From the NCBI GenBank assembly GCA_015069325.1, contig SVIV01000001.1:360052-424051 (forward strand): a stretch of 64,000 nucleotides of DNA. The letters are read 5' to 3'. The translations under genes and the position numbers were made by a program. This DNA comes from Clostridiales bacterium (GTDB lineage Bacteria; Bacillota; Clostridia; Christensenellales; UBA1242). Numbering within the stretch: position 1 is the stretch's first letter; each line of letters opens with the position of its first letter. The notes beneath the pieces are model-generated. The model made no database searches, was not told where the DNA came from, and was given only the letters and a program-made list of their open reading frames with translations. Positions 1 through 9,874 of the stretch are shown here, piece by piece.

Positions 1-4
1 AAAA

Positions 5-1471
5 ATGGCAGAAACACAAGTATTATCAAATGAAGTTGACATTAGAAGACAAAAAATTAATGATTTAATTGAAATGGGAGAAATCCCATTTAAAGATAAG
101 TTTGACCGCACTTGCACAATTGCTGAGGCAAGAGAAAAAGTTGGCGAAAGGGTGAAAGTTGCAGGAAGAATTGTATTTAAACGTGTTATGGGTAAATTTG
201 GATTTATGCAAATTCGTGATTTAAATGCAAAAATTCAAATTTCTGTAGGAAGAAATGAACTTGATGAAGAAGCATATAATTTTTACAAAAAATACATTGA
301 TATTGCAGACTTTGTAGGCGTTGAAGGTGAAGTATATCTCACTCAGACAGGAGAAGTAACGGTTAAAGCAGAGAAGGTAGTGCTTCTTTCAAAAACATTA
401 AGACCACTTCCTGAAAAATTCCACGGTCTCACAGATACAGAAGCAAAATATCGTCAAAGATATCTTGACCTTGTTTCAAATGAAGAATCAAGAAATGTGT
501 TTATCGGAAGAAGCAAGCTCCTTGCGTTTATCAGAAAGTATTTAGGTGATAATGGATTTATGGAAGTTGAAACTCCAATTCTTCAAAGTGCAGTTTGTGG
601 TGCTAGTGCAAGACCATTCTATACTCACCATAATGCACTTGATAAGGAATGCAACTTACGTATTGCACCTGAAACTTATCTTAAACAATGTATTGCTGCC
701 GGTTTTGACAGGGTGTTTGAAGTGGCAAAATGCTTTAGAAACGAAGGAATGGACACTCAACACTTGCAAGAATTCACACAAGTTGAATGGTATGCATCGT
801 ATTGGAATTTTGAAGATAACATCAAATTTTTCCAAGGATTTATTAAAAATCTTGTTTTGGAACTTACTGGTAAAACAACAATCGAAAAAGATGGTGTCAT
901 TTTAGATTTTGGCAAGGAAAATATTGAAAGAATCAATTATACCGAAACAATGAGAGAACTTATGGGCTTTGATTTCTTGGCAATTGCTGACCCTGCTGAA
1001 CTTAAGTCAAAAATTGTTGAAGCTGGTTTATTTAAAATGGCTGAACTTGAAGATTACAAGTCTTTAAGTCAAATTATTGATTTTGTTTATAAGAAAAAGA
1101 TTAGAGAAAATATTGTTCAACCAACAATTCTTTACAACTATCCAGCTGTGCTCATTCCACTTGCAAGAAGAAATGATGCAGACAAGAGAATTATTGATGT
1201 ATTCCAAGTTGTTGTAATGGGAACAGAGCTTTGTAAGGCTTATTCTGAGCTTGTTGATCCAATTGTTCAAAGAAAGGCATTTGAAGATCAATTAGAAGCA
1301 AAGAAACAGGGCGATGACGAAACTATGGATTTAGATGAAGGATTTATGCTTGCTATGGAACACGGTATGCCACCAATCTCTGGGCTCGGCTGTGGACTAG
1401 ATAGACTTTTAATGCTTATTTATAATCAACCATCAATTAGAGATGTAGTTTTATTCCCACTTATGAAATAA
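5..1471 (+). CDS. lysS: lysyl-tRNA synthetase, class II
   Basis: 488 aa. N-terminal OB anticodon-binding region, class II core (FRNEG motif 2 region, C-terminal GLGCGLDRLLML motif 3). Full-length ORF. Confidence 0.95.
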   Translation: MAETQVLSNEVDIRRQKINDLIEMGEIPFKDKFDRTCTIAEAREKVGERVKVAGRIVFKRVMGKFGFMQIRDLNAKIQISVGRNELDEEAYNFYKKYIDIADFVGVEGEVYLTQTGEVTVKAEKVVLLSKTLRPLPEKFHGLTDTEAKYRQRYLDLVSNEESRNVFIGRSKLLAFIRKYLGDNGFMEVETPILQSAVCGASARPFYTHHNALDKECNLRIAPETYLKQCIAAGFDRVFEVAKCFRNEGMDTQHLQEFTQVEWYASYWNFEDNIKFFQGFIKNLVLELTGKTTIEKDGVILDFGKENIERINYTETMRELMGFDFLAIADPAELKSKIVEAGLFKMAELEDYKSLSQIIDFVYKKKIRENIVQPTILYNYPAVLIPLARRNDADKRIIDVFQVVVMGTELCKAYSELVDPIVQRKAFEDQLEAKKQGDDETMDLDEGFMLAMEHGMPPISGLGCGLDRLLMLIYNQPSIRDVVLFPLMK

Positions 1472-1472
1472 T

Positions 1473-2087
1473 ATGAAAAATTCTGAAATAATAGAAAGCT
1501 TAAATAAACTTTTCCCAAATCCCAAATGCGAGCTGGATTATAATAGTGAATATCAACTTCTTGTAGCGGTAATACTATCTGCTCAATGTACTGACAAGCG
1601 GGTGAATATCGTTACAAGAGAGTTGTTTAAAGATTATGGAAGCCCAGAAAAAATGATGCTTTTGTCTCAACAAGAATTAGAAAAGAAGATTCATTCTTGT
1701 GGATTTTATAGAAATAAAGCAAAGAATATTCTTTCGATGACAAAAGACTTAATTGAAAAATTTGATGGTCGAGTTCCTAATAATTTAGACGAAATGCAGT
1801 CGCTGGCGGGTGTTGGAAGAAAAACAGCGAATGTAGTGTTGGCAGAAGCTTTTAAAGATGATGCAATAGCAGTGGATACTCACGTTTTAAGAGTATCAAA
1901 TAGGTTGGGACTTGTAAAATCGGATAATCCTAATGTTTGTGAAAAAGCTTTGATGAATACTTTTGATAAGTCGCATTGGAGCAAGCTTCACTTGCAATTA
2001 GTTCATTTTGGGCGATATATTTGCAAAGCCCAAAGGCCAGAGTGCGAAACGTGTCCATTTAAAACTATATGTCAAAAAATAAATTAA
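1473..2087 (+). CDS. nth: endonuclease III (DNA glycosylase/AP lyase)
   Basis: HhH-GPD region LAGVGRKTANVVL. C-terminal C-x6-C-x2-C-x5-C 4Fe-4S ligands (CKAQRPECETCPFKTIC). Confidence 0.92.
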   Translation: MKNSEIIESLNKLFPNPKCELDYNSEYQLLVAVILSAQCTDKRVNIVTRELFKDYGSPEKMMLLSQQELEKKIHSCGFYRNKAKNILSMTKDLIEKFDGRVPNNLDEMQSLAGVGRKTANVVLAEAFKDDAIAVDTHVLRVSNRLGLVKSDNPNVCEKALMNTFDKSHWSKLHLQLVHFGRYICKAQRPECETCPFKTICQKIN

Positions 2088-2140
2088 ACACTAAATATAA
2101 TATGTGTTATGTCGTAATAGCAACAAAATAAAGGGGTAGT

Positions 2141-3409
2141 ATGTTTTTAGATAGAGTAAAAATACAAATTAAAGCTGGAAATGGAGGAAATGGTTCTGCT
2201 TCTTTTTTGCGCACTGCCCAAACAGCTAATGGGGGGCCAGATGGTGGCGAAGGCGGAAATGGTGGAAATGTTGTATTTAAAGCAACAAACAATTTAAACA
2301 CCTTATATGATTTTCGTTTTCATAAAAAATTCTTCGCTGAAAATGGCGGGAATGGTGGTCAAAGGCTTAAAACGGGGGCAAATGGTAAAGATGTTGTAAT
2401 CAAAGTGCCTTGCGGAACGGTGGTTATTGACAGCCAAAGCAATAAACCTATTGCAGATTTATATGAAGATGGTATGGAATTTATTGCTCTTAAGGGCGGT
2501 AAAGGTGGACACGGAAACCATTACTATAAATCTTCAATAAAACAAGCTCCACACTTTTCTCAAACAGGAGAATCGACAAAACAAAGGGAAGTTATTTTAG
2601 AACTAAAAACAATCGCAGATGTTGGGCTTGTAGGATTCCCAAATGCTGGCAAATCAACACTTCTTTCCTGCATTTCAAACGCTAACCCTAAAATTGCTAA
2701 CTATCCATTTACTACCATATATCCAAATCTTGGTATGTGTGAAGTAAAAGGGCAAACATTTGTTGTTGCTGATATCCCTGGGCTTATTGAAGGTGCAAGT
2801 GAAGGACAAGGTTTAGGACATTATTTCTTAAGGCACGTAGAAAGAGTAAGGCTGATATTGCATCTTGTTGATATTTCGCAGTCTGATTGTAGAGATTTTA
2901 TTGAAGATTATAAAGTTATTAATGCAGAGCTTGAAAAATATAGTAAGGCACTTGCAGAAACGCCACAAATTGTTGTGCTTTCAAAATCAGATATTTTAGA
3001 TGAAGAAACATTAAATGAAAGAATAACTCGTTTTGAAAAAGAAATAGGCGGTGATTATGTTGTTATTTCTGGGGCAACATATCAAAATATAGACAAACTA
3101 AAACTATTGACTCTTGAAAAATTAAGTAAATTGCCAATCAAACCACCAGTTGAAATTGAGAAGTTTGATTTTGACAAACGAGATGTAGAAAGTTTAAATA
3201 TTACTAGAGACGATGAAGGTGCTTTTGTTATCAGTGGTGGCAAAATTGACAACTTTATTAGGGGAGTTGTTTTGTCAGATACACGTTCTTTTGCATATTT
3301 CCAAAAAACTCTTAATGAAATGGGGGTAATTGATATGCTTAAAGAGAAAGGACTTGTTAATGGAAGTATTGTGAAAATTAAAGATATTACTTTTGAATAC
3401 ACAGATTAA
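2141..3409 (+). CDS. obg: GTPase Obg
   Basis: Gly-rich Obg fold (GGNGGNGS, GGEGGNGG). G1 GFPNAGKST, G3 DIPGLIEGA. C-terminal extension as in Firmicute Obg. Confidence 0.95.
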   Translation: MFLDRVKIQIKAGNGGNGSASFLRTAQTANGGPDGGEGGNGGNVVFKATNNLNTLYDFRFHKKFFAENGGNGGQRLKTGANGKDVVIKVPCGTVVIDSQSNKPIADLYEDGMEFIALKGGKGGHGNHYYKSSIKQAPHFSQTGESTKQREVILELKTIADVGLVGFPNAGKSTLLSCISNANPKIANYPFTTIYPNLGMCEVKGQTFVVADIPGLIEGASEGQGLGHYFLRHVERVRLILHLVDISQSDCRDFIEDYKVINAELEKYSKALAETPQIVVLSKSDILDEETLNERITRFEKEIGGDYVVISGATYQNIDKLKLLTLEKLSKLPIKPPVEIEKFDFDKRDVESLNITRDDEGAFVISGGKIDNFIRGVVLSDTRSFAYFQKTLNEMGVIDMLKEKGLVNGSIVKIKDITFEYTD

Positions 3410-3418
3410 GGAGAAAAA

Positions 3419-3715
3419 ATGATCACTACAAAACAAAGAGCTTTTTTAAGGGGATTAGGCAACGCACTTGAGCCTGTTATGCAAATCGGAAAAGAAGGAT
3501 TAACTGAAAATTCAGTTGAAGCGATCAATTCCTTACTTGAAGCGAGAGAGCTTATTAAAATTACAATTTTAAATAATTGTGAATTAACTCCAAAGGAAAT
3601 GATGGTGCAAATTTGCAGTGCAAACAAGGCAGAACCTGTTCAGGTTATTGGAAGACGTGTAATTGTATATCGCAAATCTTCAAAAAAAGATTTTAAACAC
3701 ATTGAATTGAATTAA
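3419..3715 (+). CDS. yhbY: YhbY/CRS1-type RNA-binding protein
   Basis: 98 aa; TTKQRAFLRGLGNALEPVMQIGKEGLT...ELIKI pattern typical of the YhbY (YqeI) family. RBS AAGGAGA upstream. Confidence 0.85.
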   Translation: MITTKQRAFLRGLGNALEPVMQIGKEGLTENSVEAINSLLEARELIKITILNNCELTPKEMMVQICSANKAEPVQVIGRRVIVYRKSSKKDFKHIELN

Positions 3716-3726
3716 TAATATAAAAA

Positions 3727-3772
3727 AAGAACTAGTATGTTATGAAAAAATAACAGTTTTATACTAGTTCTT
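3727..3772. terminator. bidirectional terminator hairpin, ACTAGTATG family (copy 1)
   Basis: 12-bp outer stem AAGAACTAGTAT / ATACTAGTTCTT plus inner GTTAT-GAAAAA-ATAAC stem. A-run on the left, T-run on the right, between convergent yhbY and the membrane-protein gene. Confidence 0.75.
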
Positions 3773-4544
3773 TTTTTGATTTGTTTTGCGGAAACAGTAA
3801 ACAGATTGATGCAAATAAGAGAAGAATTGTTGCGGTAAGTTTGTAGTATATATTGTAAGGGATATAGGAAGATGATATCAATAAAATTAAACCTGCAAAT
3901 AGATATCCTTTTGTCTTGGATTTATTGAAAATTGTATTAAAAAGATTTTTACACGAAAAGTTGTTTTGTTTTGGAACGTTTGCAACTTGGGGATAGTATT
4001 CGTATTCGGTAAAAATTTTATTATAAGTATCATATTTATTTAAGATGATGATTTCCTTTTTTAGCTTATATTGTTTGCAAGTGACAGAGAAGTCGTTGCA
4101 GGCAATAATAATTTTATCGACTTCATCACTTAGCTTAGAAATCGAAAATATGTCATCAATTTCTAATGTGGAGATTTTAAGAAAAGGATAAAATAAAGTT
4201 TTTTTGCCATCTTGTTCTTCTAAAATGAGATAATCTTTTAGTTGATTAATGGTTTTATATCGAGTAGAAAACAAATTGAAGAAGAAGTCTGTTGCATTTT
4301 TGTCAGTTGCAAGAGAGAAAAACATATTTTCTGCATCTTTTAGCTGCGCAGCTTTTAAATTCTTTTTTGCTAGTTTTTCACGTGAAATAAAAAGTGTAAT
4401 AACTTCTAAAGTCAAACTTATTGCAATCGCCAGCGATATTGCAAAGGCTTTATCATAGAGATATGAGTTTAACCAAACAAGAGAAACAATGAAAAATATA
4501 ATCAACTTTATTATTTCTTGAATTAGTATTGAAAGTTTTTTCAT
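3759..4544 (-). CDS. hypothetical membrane protein (2 N-terminal and 2 C-terminal TM helices flanking a soluble core)
   Basis: 261-aa ORF with hydrophobic segments at both ends. The central about 120 aa weakly recalls an Mrr-like PD-(D/E)xK layout (see findings). No confident family. Confidence 0.5.
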   Translation of the reverse strand: MKKLSILIQEIIKLIIFFIVSLVWLNSYLYDKAFAISLAIAISLTLEVITLFISREKLAKKNLKAAQLKDAENMFFSLATDKNATDFFFNLFSTRYKTINQLKDYLILEEQDGKKTLFYPFLKISTLEIDDIFSISKLSDEVDKIIIACNDFSVTCKQYKLKKEIIILNKYDTYNKIFTEYEYYPQVANVPKQNNFSCKNLFNTIFNKSKTKGYLFAGLILLISSSYIPYNIYYKLTATILLLFASICLLFPQNKSKKELV

Positions 4545-4646
4545 AAACTATTTATTACCGAAAATTAAAAATTTACACAAATATTTGACATAAGTGAAAA
4601 AAAACTTTATAATAAGAGTAATAGAATCACAAAGGGAGAAATTTTA

Positions 4647-4964
4647 GTGAAGCAACATTTAAACAATTTATATAATTATTTGGCGGAAAAGGGTGCTGAA
4701 GATGCGAGAATATATGATTTATCAAACGAAGACCAGCACTGTGATTATATTTTTGTGGCATCAATTGATTCATCTGAAAACAATAAAAAACTTGCTCTTG
4801 AAATAATGCAAGAGTTTGAAATGGAAAAATATCCAGAGGGGTTCCATAAGGGAGAATGGATTGTTTTTGATTTGGGCAGGTGTGTCTTACACTTGTTTGT
4901 AAGCTCGGTTCGAGAAAAATACAATTTAGACAAGCTTTGGCAATCAAAAAAAATGGCAATTTAA
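4647..4964 (+). CDS. rsfS: ribosomal silencing factor RsfS (Iojap)
   Basis: 105 aa, GTG start after RBS AAGGGAG. DYIFVASIDS...GEWIVFDLGRCVLHLF...REKYNLDKLW matches the RsfS pattern. Confidence 0.88.
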   Translation: MKQHLNNLYNYLAEKGAEDARIYDLSNEDQHCDYIFVASIDSSENNKKLALEIMQEFEMEKYPEGFHKGEWIVFDLGRCVLHLFVSSVREKYNLDKLWQSKKMAI

Positions 4965-4980
4965 TTTAATATTTGCAAAT

Positions 4981-5020
4981 AAAACAAGACAAATCATTGT
5001 ATTTGTTTTGTTTTTTTTGT
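4981..5020 (+). terminator. intrinsic terminator of rsfS
   Basis: 14-bp stem AAAACAAGACAAAT / ATTTGTTTTGTTTT (one G-U), 6-nt loop, T-run. Confidence 0.75.
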
Positions 5021-5053
5021 TTTATATGATAAAATTGGAGTATTGAGAGGTCT

Positions 5054-5482
5054 ATGATAAAAATTTGTTTTATCTGCACTGGGGGGACTTGTCGCTCTAT
5101 AATGGCAGAACGGCTAATGAAAAAAATTATTAAAGAACGAAAGATTGAAGACGTAAAAGTGTCGTCAAGAGGGCTGTTTGCGAATGGCGATAATATTGCA
5201 GAAAATGCAAAACGAGCTTTAAAAAAATTGAAAGCAAGCAGTGCAAATCGGAAATCGATTCAATTAGCCAAAATAGATAAACAAACCTTATATGTTGTAA
5301 TGACCGAGCCGATGAAAGAAAAAATACAATCTCAAAAAGTTATTACTATGAAAAATTTAATCGGGCGAGATATATCCGATCCTTATGGCCAATCAGAACA
5401 GGTATATTTACAGACGGCTTATGAAATAATTGAAGGTATTGAAAAGTTACTTCAAAATATAGTTTTATGGAGAGAAAAATGA
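5054..5482 (+). CDS. ywlE: low-molecular-weight phosphatase, YwlE-like (probable protein-arginine phosphatase)
   Basis: P-loop CTGGTCRS (C-x5-R-S) at residues 8-15 and DPYG general-acid motif. Stop overlaps the rpiB start (ATGA), matching Bacillus ywlE-ywlF synteny. Confidence 0.8.
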   Translation: MIKICFICTGGTCRSIMAERLMKKIIKERKIEDVKVSSRGLFANGDNIAENAKRALKKLKASSANRKSIQLAKIDKQTLYVVMTEPMKEKIQSQKVITMKNLIGRDISDPYGQSEQVYLQTAYEIIEGIEKLLQNIVLWREK

Positions 5483-5901
5483 TAATTTTAGCAAGTGATC
5501 ACGCAGGATTTCAATTAAAGGAAGAAATTAAAAAGTTTTTTAATAAAGAAAATATAATTGCCATTGACGTTGGTTGTCATTCAAGAGAGCAAATTGATGA
5601 TTATCCAGACTTTGCTAAGGCTGGCAATGAAAAAGTGCTTGAAGATTCTCGAAATGTCGGCATTTATATTTGTGGAAGTGGAATTGGAATGAGTATGGTT
5701 GCAAACCGTAATCCTAAAATTAGGGCTGCTCTTTGTCATAATGAAATTACAGCAAGCCTTTCTCGTAGGCATAACGATGCTAACGTTTTGTGTTTAGCAG
5801 GAAGGACTATCTCAGTTCGCCAAGCAATAAAAATAGTAAAAGTTTTCTTGACTACAGATTTTGAAGGCGGTCGCCACGCAAAAAGAATAAAAAAATTTTA
5901 G
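5479..5901 (+). CDS. rpiB: ribose-5-phosphate isomerase B
   Basis: MIILASDHAGF...ICGSGIGMSMVANR motifs. Start moved to ATG 5479 (RBS GGAGAG, ATGA overlap with the upstream stop) instead of ORF-track 5467. Confidence 0.9.
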   Translation: MIILASDHAGFQLKEEIKKFFNKENIIAIDVGCHSREQIDDYPDFAKAGNEKVLEDSRNVGIYICGSGIGMSMVANRNPKIRAALCHNEITASLSRRHNDANVLCLAGRTISVRQAIKIVKVFLTTDFEGGRHAKRIKKF

Positions 5902-5910
5902 GAGTCAAAG

Positions 5911-6708
5911 ATGTTAAATGTGATTATTCCTATTACAGGAGAAATAGCAGGACATAGAGCTTTGCTAGATGCACTTGATGGAGCATTAAATGTTCAAGTT
6001 TATATTGGTGTCCGAAATGATATTTATGATTCTGTGTTAAATGAATATGGAGATAAAAACAACTTCAACTTTTTTGATTTTGATAAGAATACAAACAAAG
6101 AAGAAATGATAAATGCAATTCAAGATTATCTTGAAGAAGGAAGTATTTTGATTTTGCGTAAACCGGTATCTATTGAAGAGTTTGAAAAAATTGTTAACTC
6201 TGATAGAGATGTAGTAACAAGCAAAAGGGAAAGAAGCAAATGTAAGGCATTCATTTTTAATACTTGGCAGAACCTAATAAGAATGATTCTAGGTGTTAAG
6301 ATGTATGCAGGTGATTATTCCGTAGTTTATATGAACGAAGATATTGCCGATGTTGCAATGAGCACAGGGAATTTAAGTTATTCAAGTAGGGTTAATCGTT
6401 GGAAAGGAATCAAGCAAGGCGTGATTACAACACGAGCAAAAGATGAAATTGAATATAAGCGAACAAATAATTTGAAATATATGTTGCTAGCCATTTTACT
6501 TCTAGTGTTGGGTGCTGGAGTAACAACGGTGGTATCAATCTTTGCTCAAATGTCAATAATAATAGCGTTGTTTTTATTCTGTTTAGATGCTGTTTGTTTG
6601 GCGATTGCATTTATACTAATAGTGATGATGATATTTACTAATTTAGTGGGGAAAAAACAGTGCAGTAAGGCATTTATAATGAATAAAAAAGTTCAAAATA
6701 AGGAGTAA
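5911..6708 (+). CDS. hypothetical membrane protein with degenerate GT-A (family 2 glycosyltransferase-like) N-terminal domain
   Basis: N-terminus VIIPITGE...VYIGVRND resembles a GT2 beta-alpha start, but no DxD motif is visible. Two or three C-terminal TM helices. Confidence 0.4.
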   Translation: MLNVIIPITGEIAGHRALLDALDGALNVQVYIGVRNDIYDSVLNEYGDKNNFNFFDFDKNTNKEEMINAIQDYLEEGSILILRKPVSIEEFEKIVNSDRDVVTSKRERSKCKAFIFNTWQNLIRMILGVKMYAGDYSVVYMNEDIADVAMSTGNLSYSSRVNRWKGIKQGVITTRAKDEIEYKRTNNLKYMLLAILLLVLGAGVTTVVSIFAQMSIIIALFLFCLDAVCLAIAFILIVMMIFTNLVGKKQCSKAFIMNKKVQNKE

Positions 6709-7716
<1,008 letters not shown>

Positions 7717-7719
7717 AGT

Positions 7720-8013
7720 ATGTCAAAACAAAAAATTACAATTTCATCAAACACTTCTCAGAATACGGTTCTTTCTCTCATTGCCTATATTGGTATAGGG
7801 TGTATTGCGGTATCGTTGCTTCTTACATTGATTTTGGCAAATAATTCATCTTTATCCAATGCGTTTCAGGCTGTGGGAGAATGTATTGCTTACGTTTTAT
7901 CAATAATTTTAGCATTTAATTGGGTTAAAAGTCATAAACACGTTGCTTGGGTAGTTTGTTATGTTGTGTTTGTAGTTACAATTATTGTGCTTTTTATTTT
8001 GAATGTGATTTAA
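7720..8013 (+). CDS. small hypothetical membrane protein
   Basis: 97 aa, three hydrophobic helices, tightly packed after gap. Confidence 0.5.
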   Translation: MSKQKITISSNTSQNTVLSLIAYIGIGCIAVSLLLTLILANNSSLSNAFQAVGECIAYVLSIILAFNWVKSHKHVAWVVCYVVFVVTIIVLFILNVI

Positions 8014-8022
8014 CTGAGAATT

Positions 8023-8409
8023 ATGATTAAAAATAAAATTTGGATTTCGATAGGACTTCTAGTCCTAATAATATTATTTGCTTGTTTAAAAGAAATTTGG
8101 AAAGGGTTTATTTACTTTTCCTTATCTTTTTTAGTCGGCTTATGTTTTTATTTGACTTTCGTTTTGATACATAAATATTTGGAAGACTATAAATGGAATT
8201 TTGAAGAAGACTTTGCCTATTATAAAGCGCAGACTATTAACTCTACTTCACTAACTGAAAAGGATTTTGAAATGGCTAGAGATGTTTATGTAAAAAAATA
8301 TAAACAATCACTCGCGAGAGATAAAATGATTGATATTTTTAAAATGTTGTTTTGTTTATCAATTGCAATTACTTGTATAGTTGCGATGTGCACTGTAACG
8401 ATACTTTAA
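8023..8409 (+). CDS. hypothetical membrane protein
   Basis: 128 aa, two N-terminal and one C-terminal TM segments. No recognisable family. Confidence 0.5.
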   Translation: MIKNKIWISIGLLVLIILFACLKEIWKGFIYFSLSFLVGLCFYLTFVLIHKYLEDYKWNFEEDFAYYKAQTINSTSLTEKDFEMARDVYVKKYKQSLARDKMIDIFKMLFCLSIAITCIVAMCTVTIL

Positions 8410-8436
8410 AAATATTCACTTAAATTAAATTTTCAC

Positions 8437-8465
8437 TTGCAATATTAGTGATATTGTGATATAAT
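8437..8465 (+). promoter_or_regulatory. sigma-A type promoter upstream of tig
   Basis: TTGCAA (8437-8442), 17-nt spacer, TGaTATAAT extended -10 (TATAAT 8460-8465). Confidence 0.7.
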
Positions 8466-8486
8466 CTCAGAGAAAAGGAGAAAACA

Positions 8487-9767
8487 ATGCATACATTTAA
8501 GAAAAAAGACCAACAAGGTATTTTAACAGTTAAGGTTTCAAAAGAAGAATGGGAACAAGCGGTAGAAACCGTTTATCAACAAAACAAAACAAAATTTAAA
8601 GTGGAAGGATTCAGAGCAGGGAAAGCACCAAGAAGGGTTGTTGAACAACACTATGGCGACCAAGTGTTTTTTGAAGACGCATTTGATGCAGTTGTAAATG
8701 CAGCATTTTCAAGCTTTTTAGCAGAAAATAAGAAAATTGTGCCTGCATCTCACCCACACGCAGATATTAAATCTTTTACAGTAGAAGAAGGACTTGTGGC
8801 AGAACTTAAATTTGACCTTATGCCTGAATTTGAATTGCCTGACCTGACAACAATTTCTGCAAAGAAAGGGGAAGCTGTTGTAACAGATGAACAAGTTGAA
8901 GCAGAACTTGAAGCAACAAAGGCATCTCGCGCAAGATATGTTGAAGAAGACAAGACTGCTGAAAATGGCGATTTCGCTATTATCGATTTTGTTGGGACAG
9001 TTGATGGAGTTAAATTTGACGGCGGAGAAGCAAAAGATTATAGATTAGAATTAGGTTCTCATACATTTATCGAAGGCTTTGAAGATCAAGTTGTAGGAAT
9101 GAACAAAGGCGAAGAAAGAGACATTAATGTTACTTTCCCAGCAAATTATCCTGCAGAAAATTTAGCAGGCAAGCCAGCTGTATTCCACATTACGCTTAAT
9201 AAGGTTGAAAAGAAAGTGCTTCCTGAAATTGATGATAAATTTGTTTCAGATACTACAGAATTTGAAACTGTAGAAGAATTTAAAAACTCAATTAAAGAAA
9301 ACCTTCAAAAAATGGCAGAAGAAAGAGTTGAAAGAGATTATGAAGTTGCTCTTCTTGATGAAATTGCAGAGAAAGCAAACATTACTCTTGGAGATGCTAT
9401 GATTGAACACGAACTTCTTCATATGGTAGAAGATTTTGAACATAGATTATCTCATCAAGGAATGACTCTTGAAGGATATTTACAATATCTTGGAAAAACA
9501 GTTGAAGAATTTAAAGCAGAAAGAAAATCTGATGCAGAAAAGAATATTAAAACAAGACTTGTTCTTCAAAGAATTATTTCTGAAAACAAAATTTCTGTTA
9601 CAGAAGAAGAAATGGATAAAGAAATTGCCCTTTATGCAAGCAAATATCAAATGAACGGGGAAGATTTTAAAAAGGCAATGTCTCCAAACGATTATGCTTT
9701 CTTCCAAAACAACGTAATTATGACAAAAGTTTTAGATTTAATTAAAGCCAAAGCAAATAAACAATAA
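8487..9767 (+). CDS. tig: trigger factor
   Basis: 426 aa. N-terminal ribosome-binding FRAGKAP motif (GFRxGxxP), central FKBP domain (DFVGTVDGVKFDGG), C-terminal arm domain. Confidence 0.95.
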   Translation: MHTFKKKDQQGILTVKVSKEEWEQAVETVYQQNKTKFKVEGFRAGKAPRRVVEQHYGDQVFFEDAFDAVVNAAFSSFLAENKKIVPASHPHADIKSFTVEEGLVAELKFDLMPEFELPDLTTISAKKGEAVVTDEQVEAELEATKASRARYVEEDKTAENGDFAIIDFVGTVDGVKFDGGEAKDYRLELGSHTFIEGFEDQVVGMNKGEERDINVTFPANYPAENLAGKPAVFHITLNKVEKKVLPEIDDKFVSDTTEFETVEEFKNSIKENLQKMAEERVERDYEVALLDEIAEKANITLGDAMIEHELLHMVEDFEHRLSHQGMTLEGYLQYLGKTVEEFKAERKSDAEKNIKTRLVLQRIISENKISVTEEEMDKEIALYASKYQMNGEDFKKAMSPNDYAFFQNNVIMTKVLDLIKAKANKQ

Positions 9768-9813
9768 ATTTTTGGCGTATAATTAATATTGCTTAAAGAA
9801 ACAAAAGATAAAA

Positions 9814-9841
9814 GCCCTTTCATTACAATTAGTGAAGGGGC
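9814..9841 (+). terminator. hairpin after tig (weak U-tract)
   Basis: GCCCUUUCA / UGAAGGGGC 9-bp stem (one G-U), followed by TTGATGCTTATTAT. Confidence 0.45.
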
Positions 9842-9874
9842 TTGATGCTTATTATAGGGAATAAGGAGGGAATT

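Noticed and set aside
546-1291. Alternative-frame and antisense ORFs within lysS (546-905 +, 1064-1291 -), and similar short ORFs inside other confidently assigned genes throughout the window
   Set aside because: They are fully nested in long ORFs with unambiguous homology. They are AT-rich frames with no RBS, and I treated them as noise.
2107-2301. 64-aa minus-strand ORF rich in Pro/Phe
   Set aside because: It is antisense to the Gly-rich (GGN-repeat) N-terminus of Obg, a compositional artefact.
4627-4959. 110-aa minus-strand ORF
   Set aside because: It is antisense to rsfS, which has clear family motifs. It is spurious.
9842-9874. N-terminal extension of ClpP from a TTG start ([11 protein letters not shown]...)
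   Set aside because: A strong RBS (AAGGAGGG) lies inside the extension, 4 nt before ATG 9875, and ClpP homologs begin near MLIPMVV. The extension also overlaps the tig terminator.
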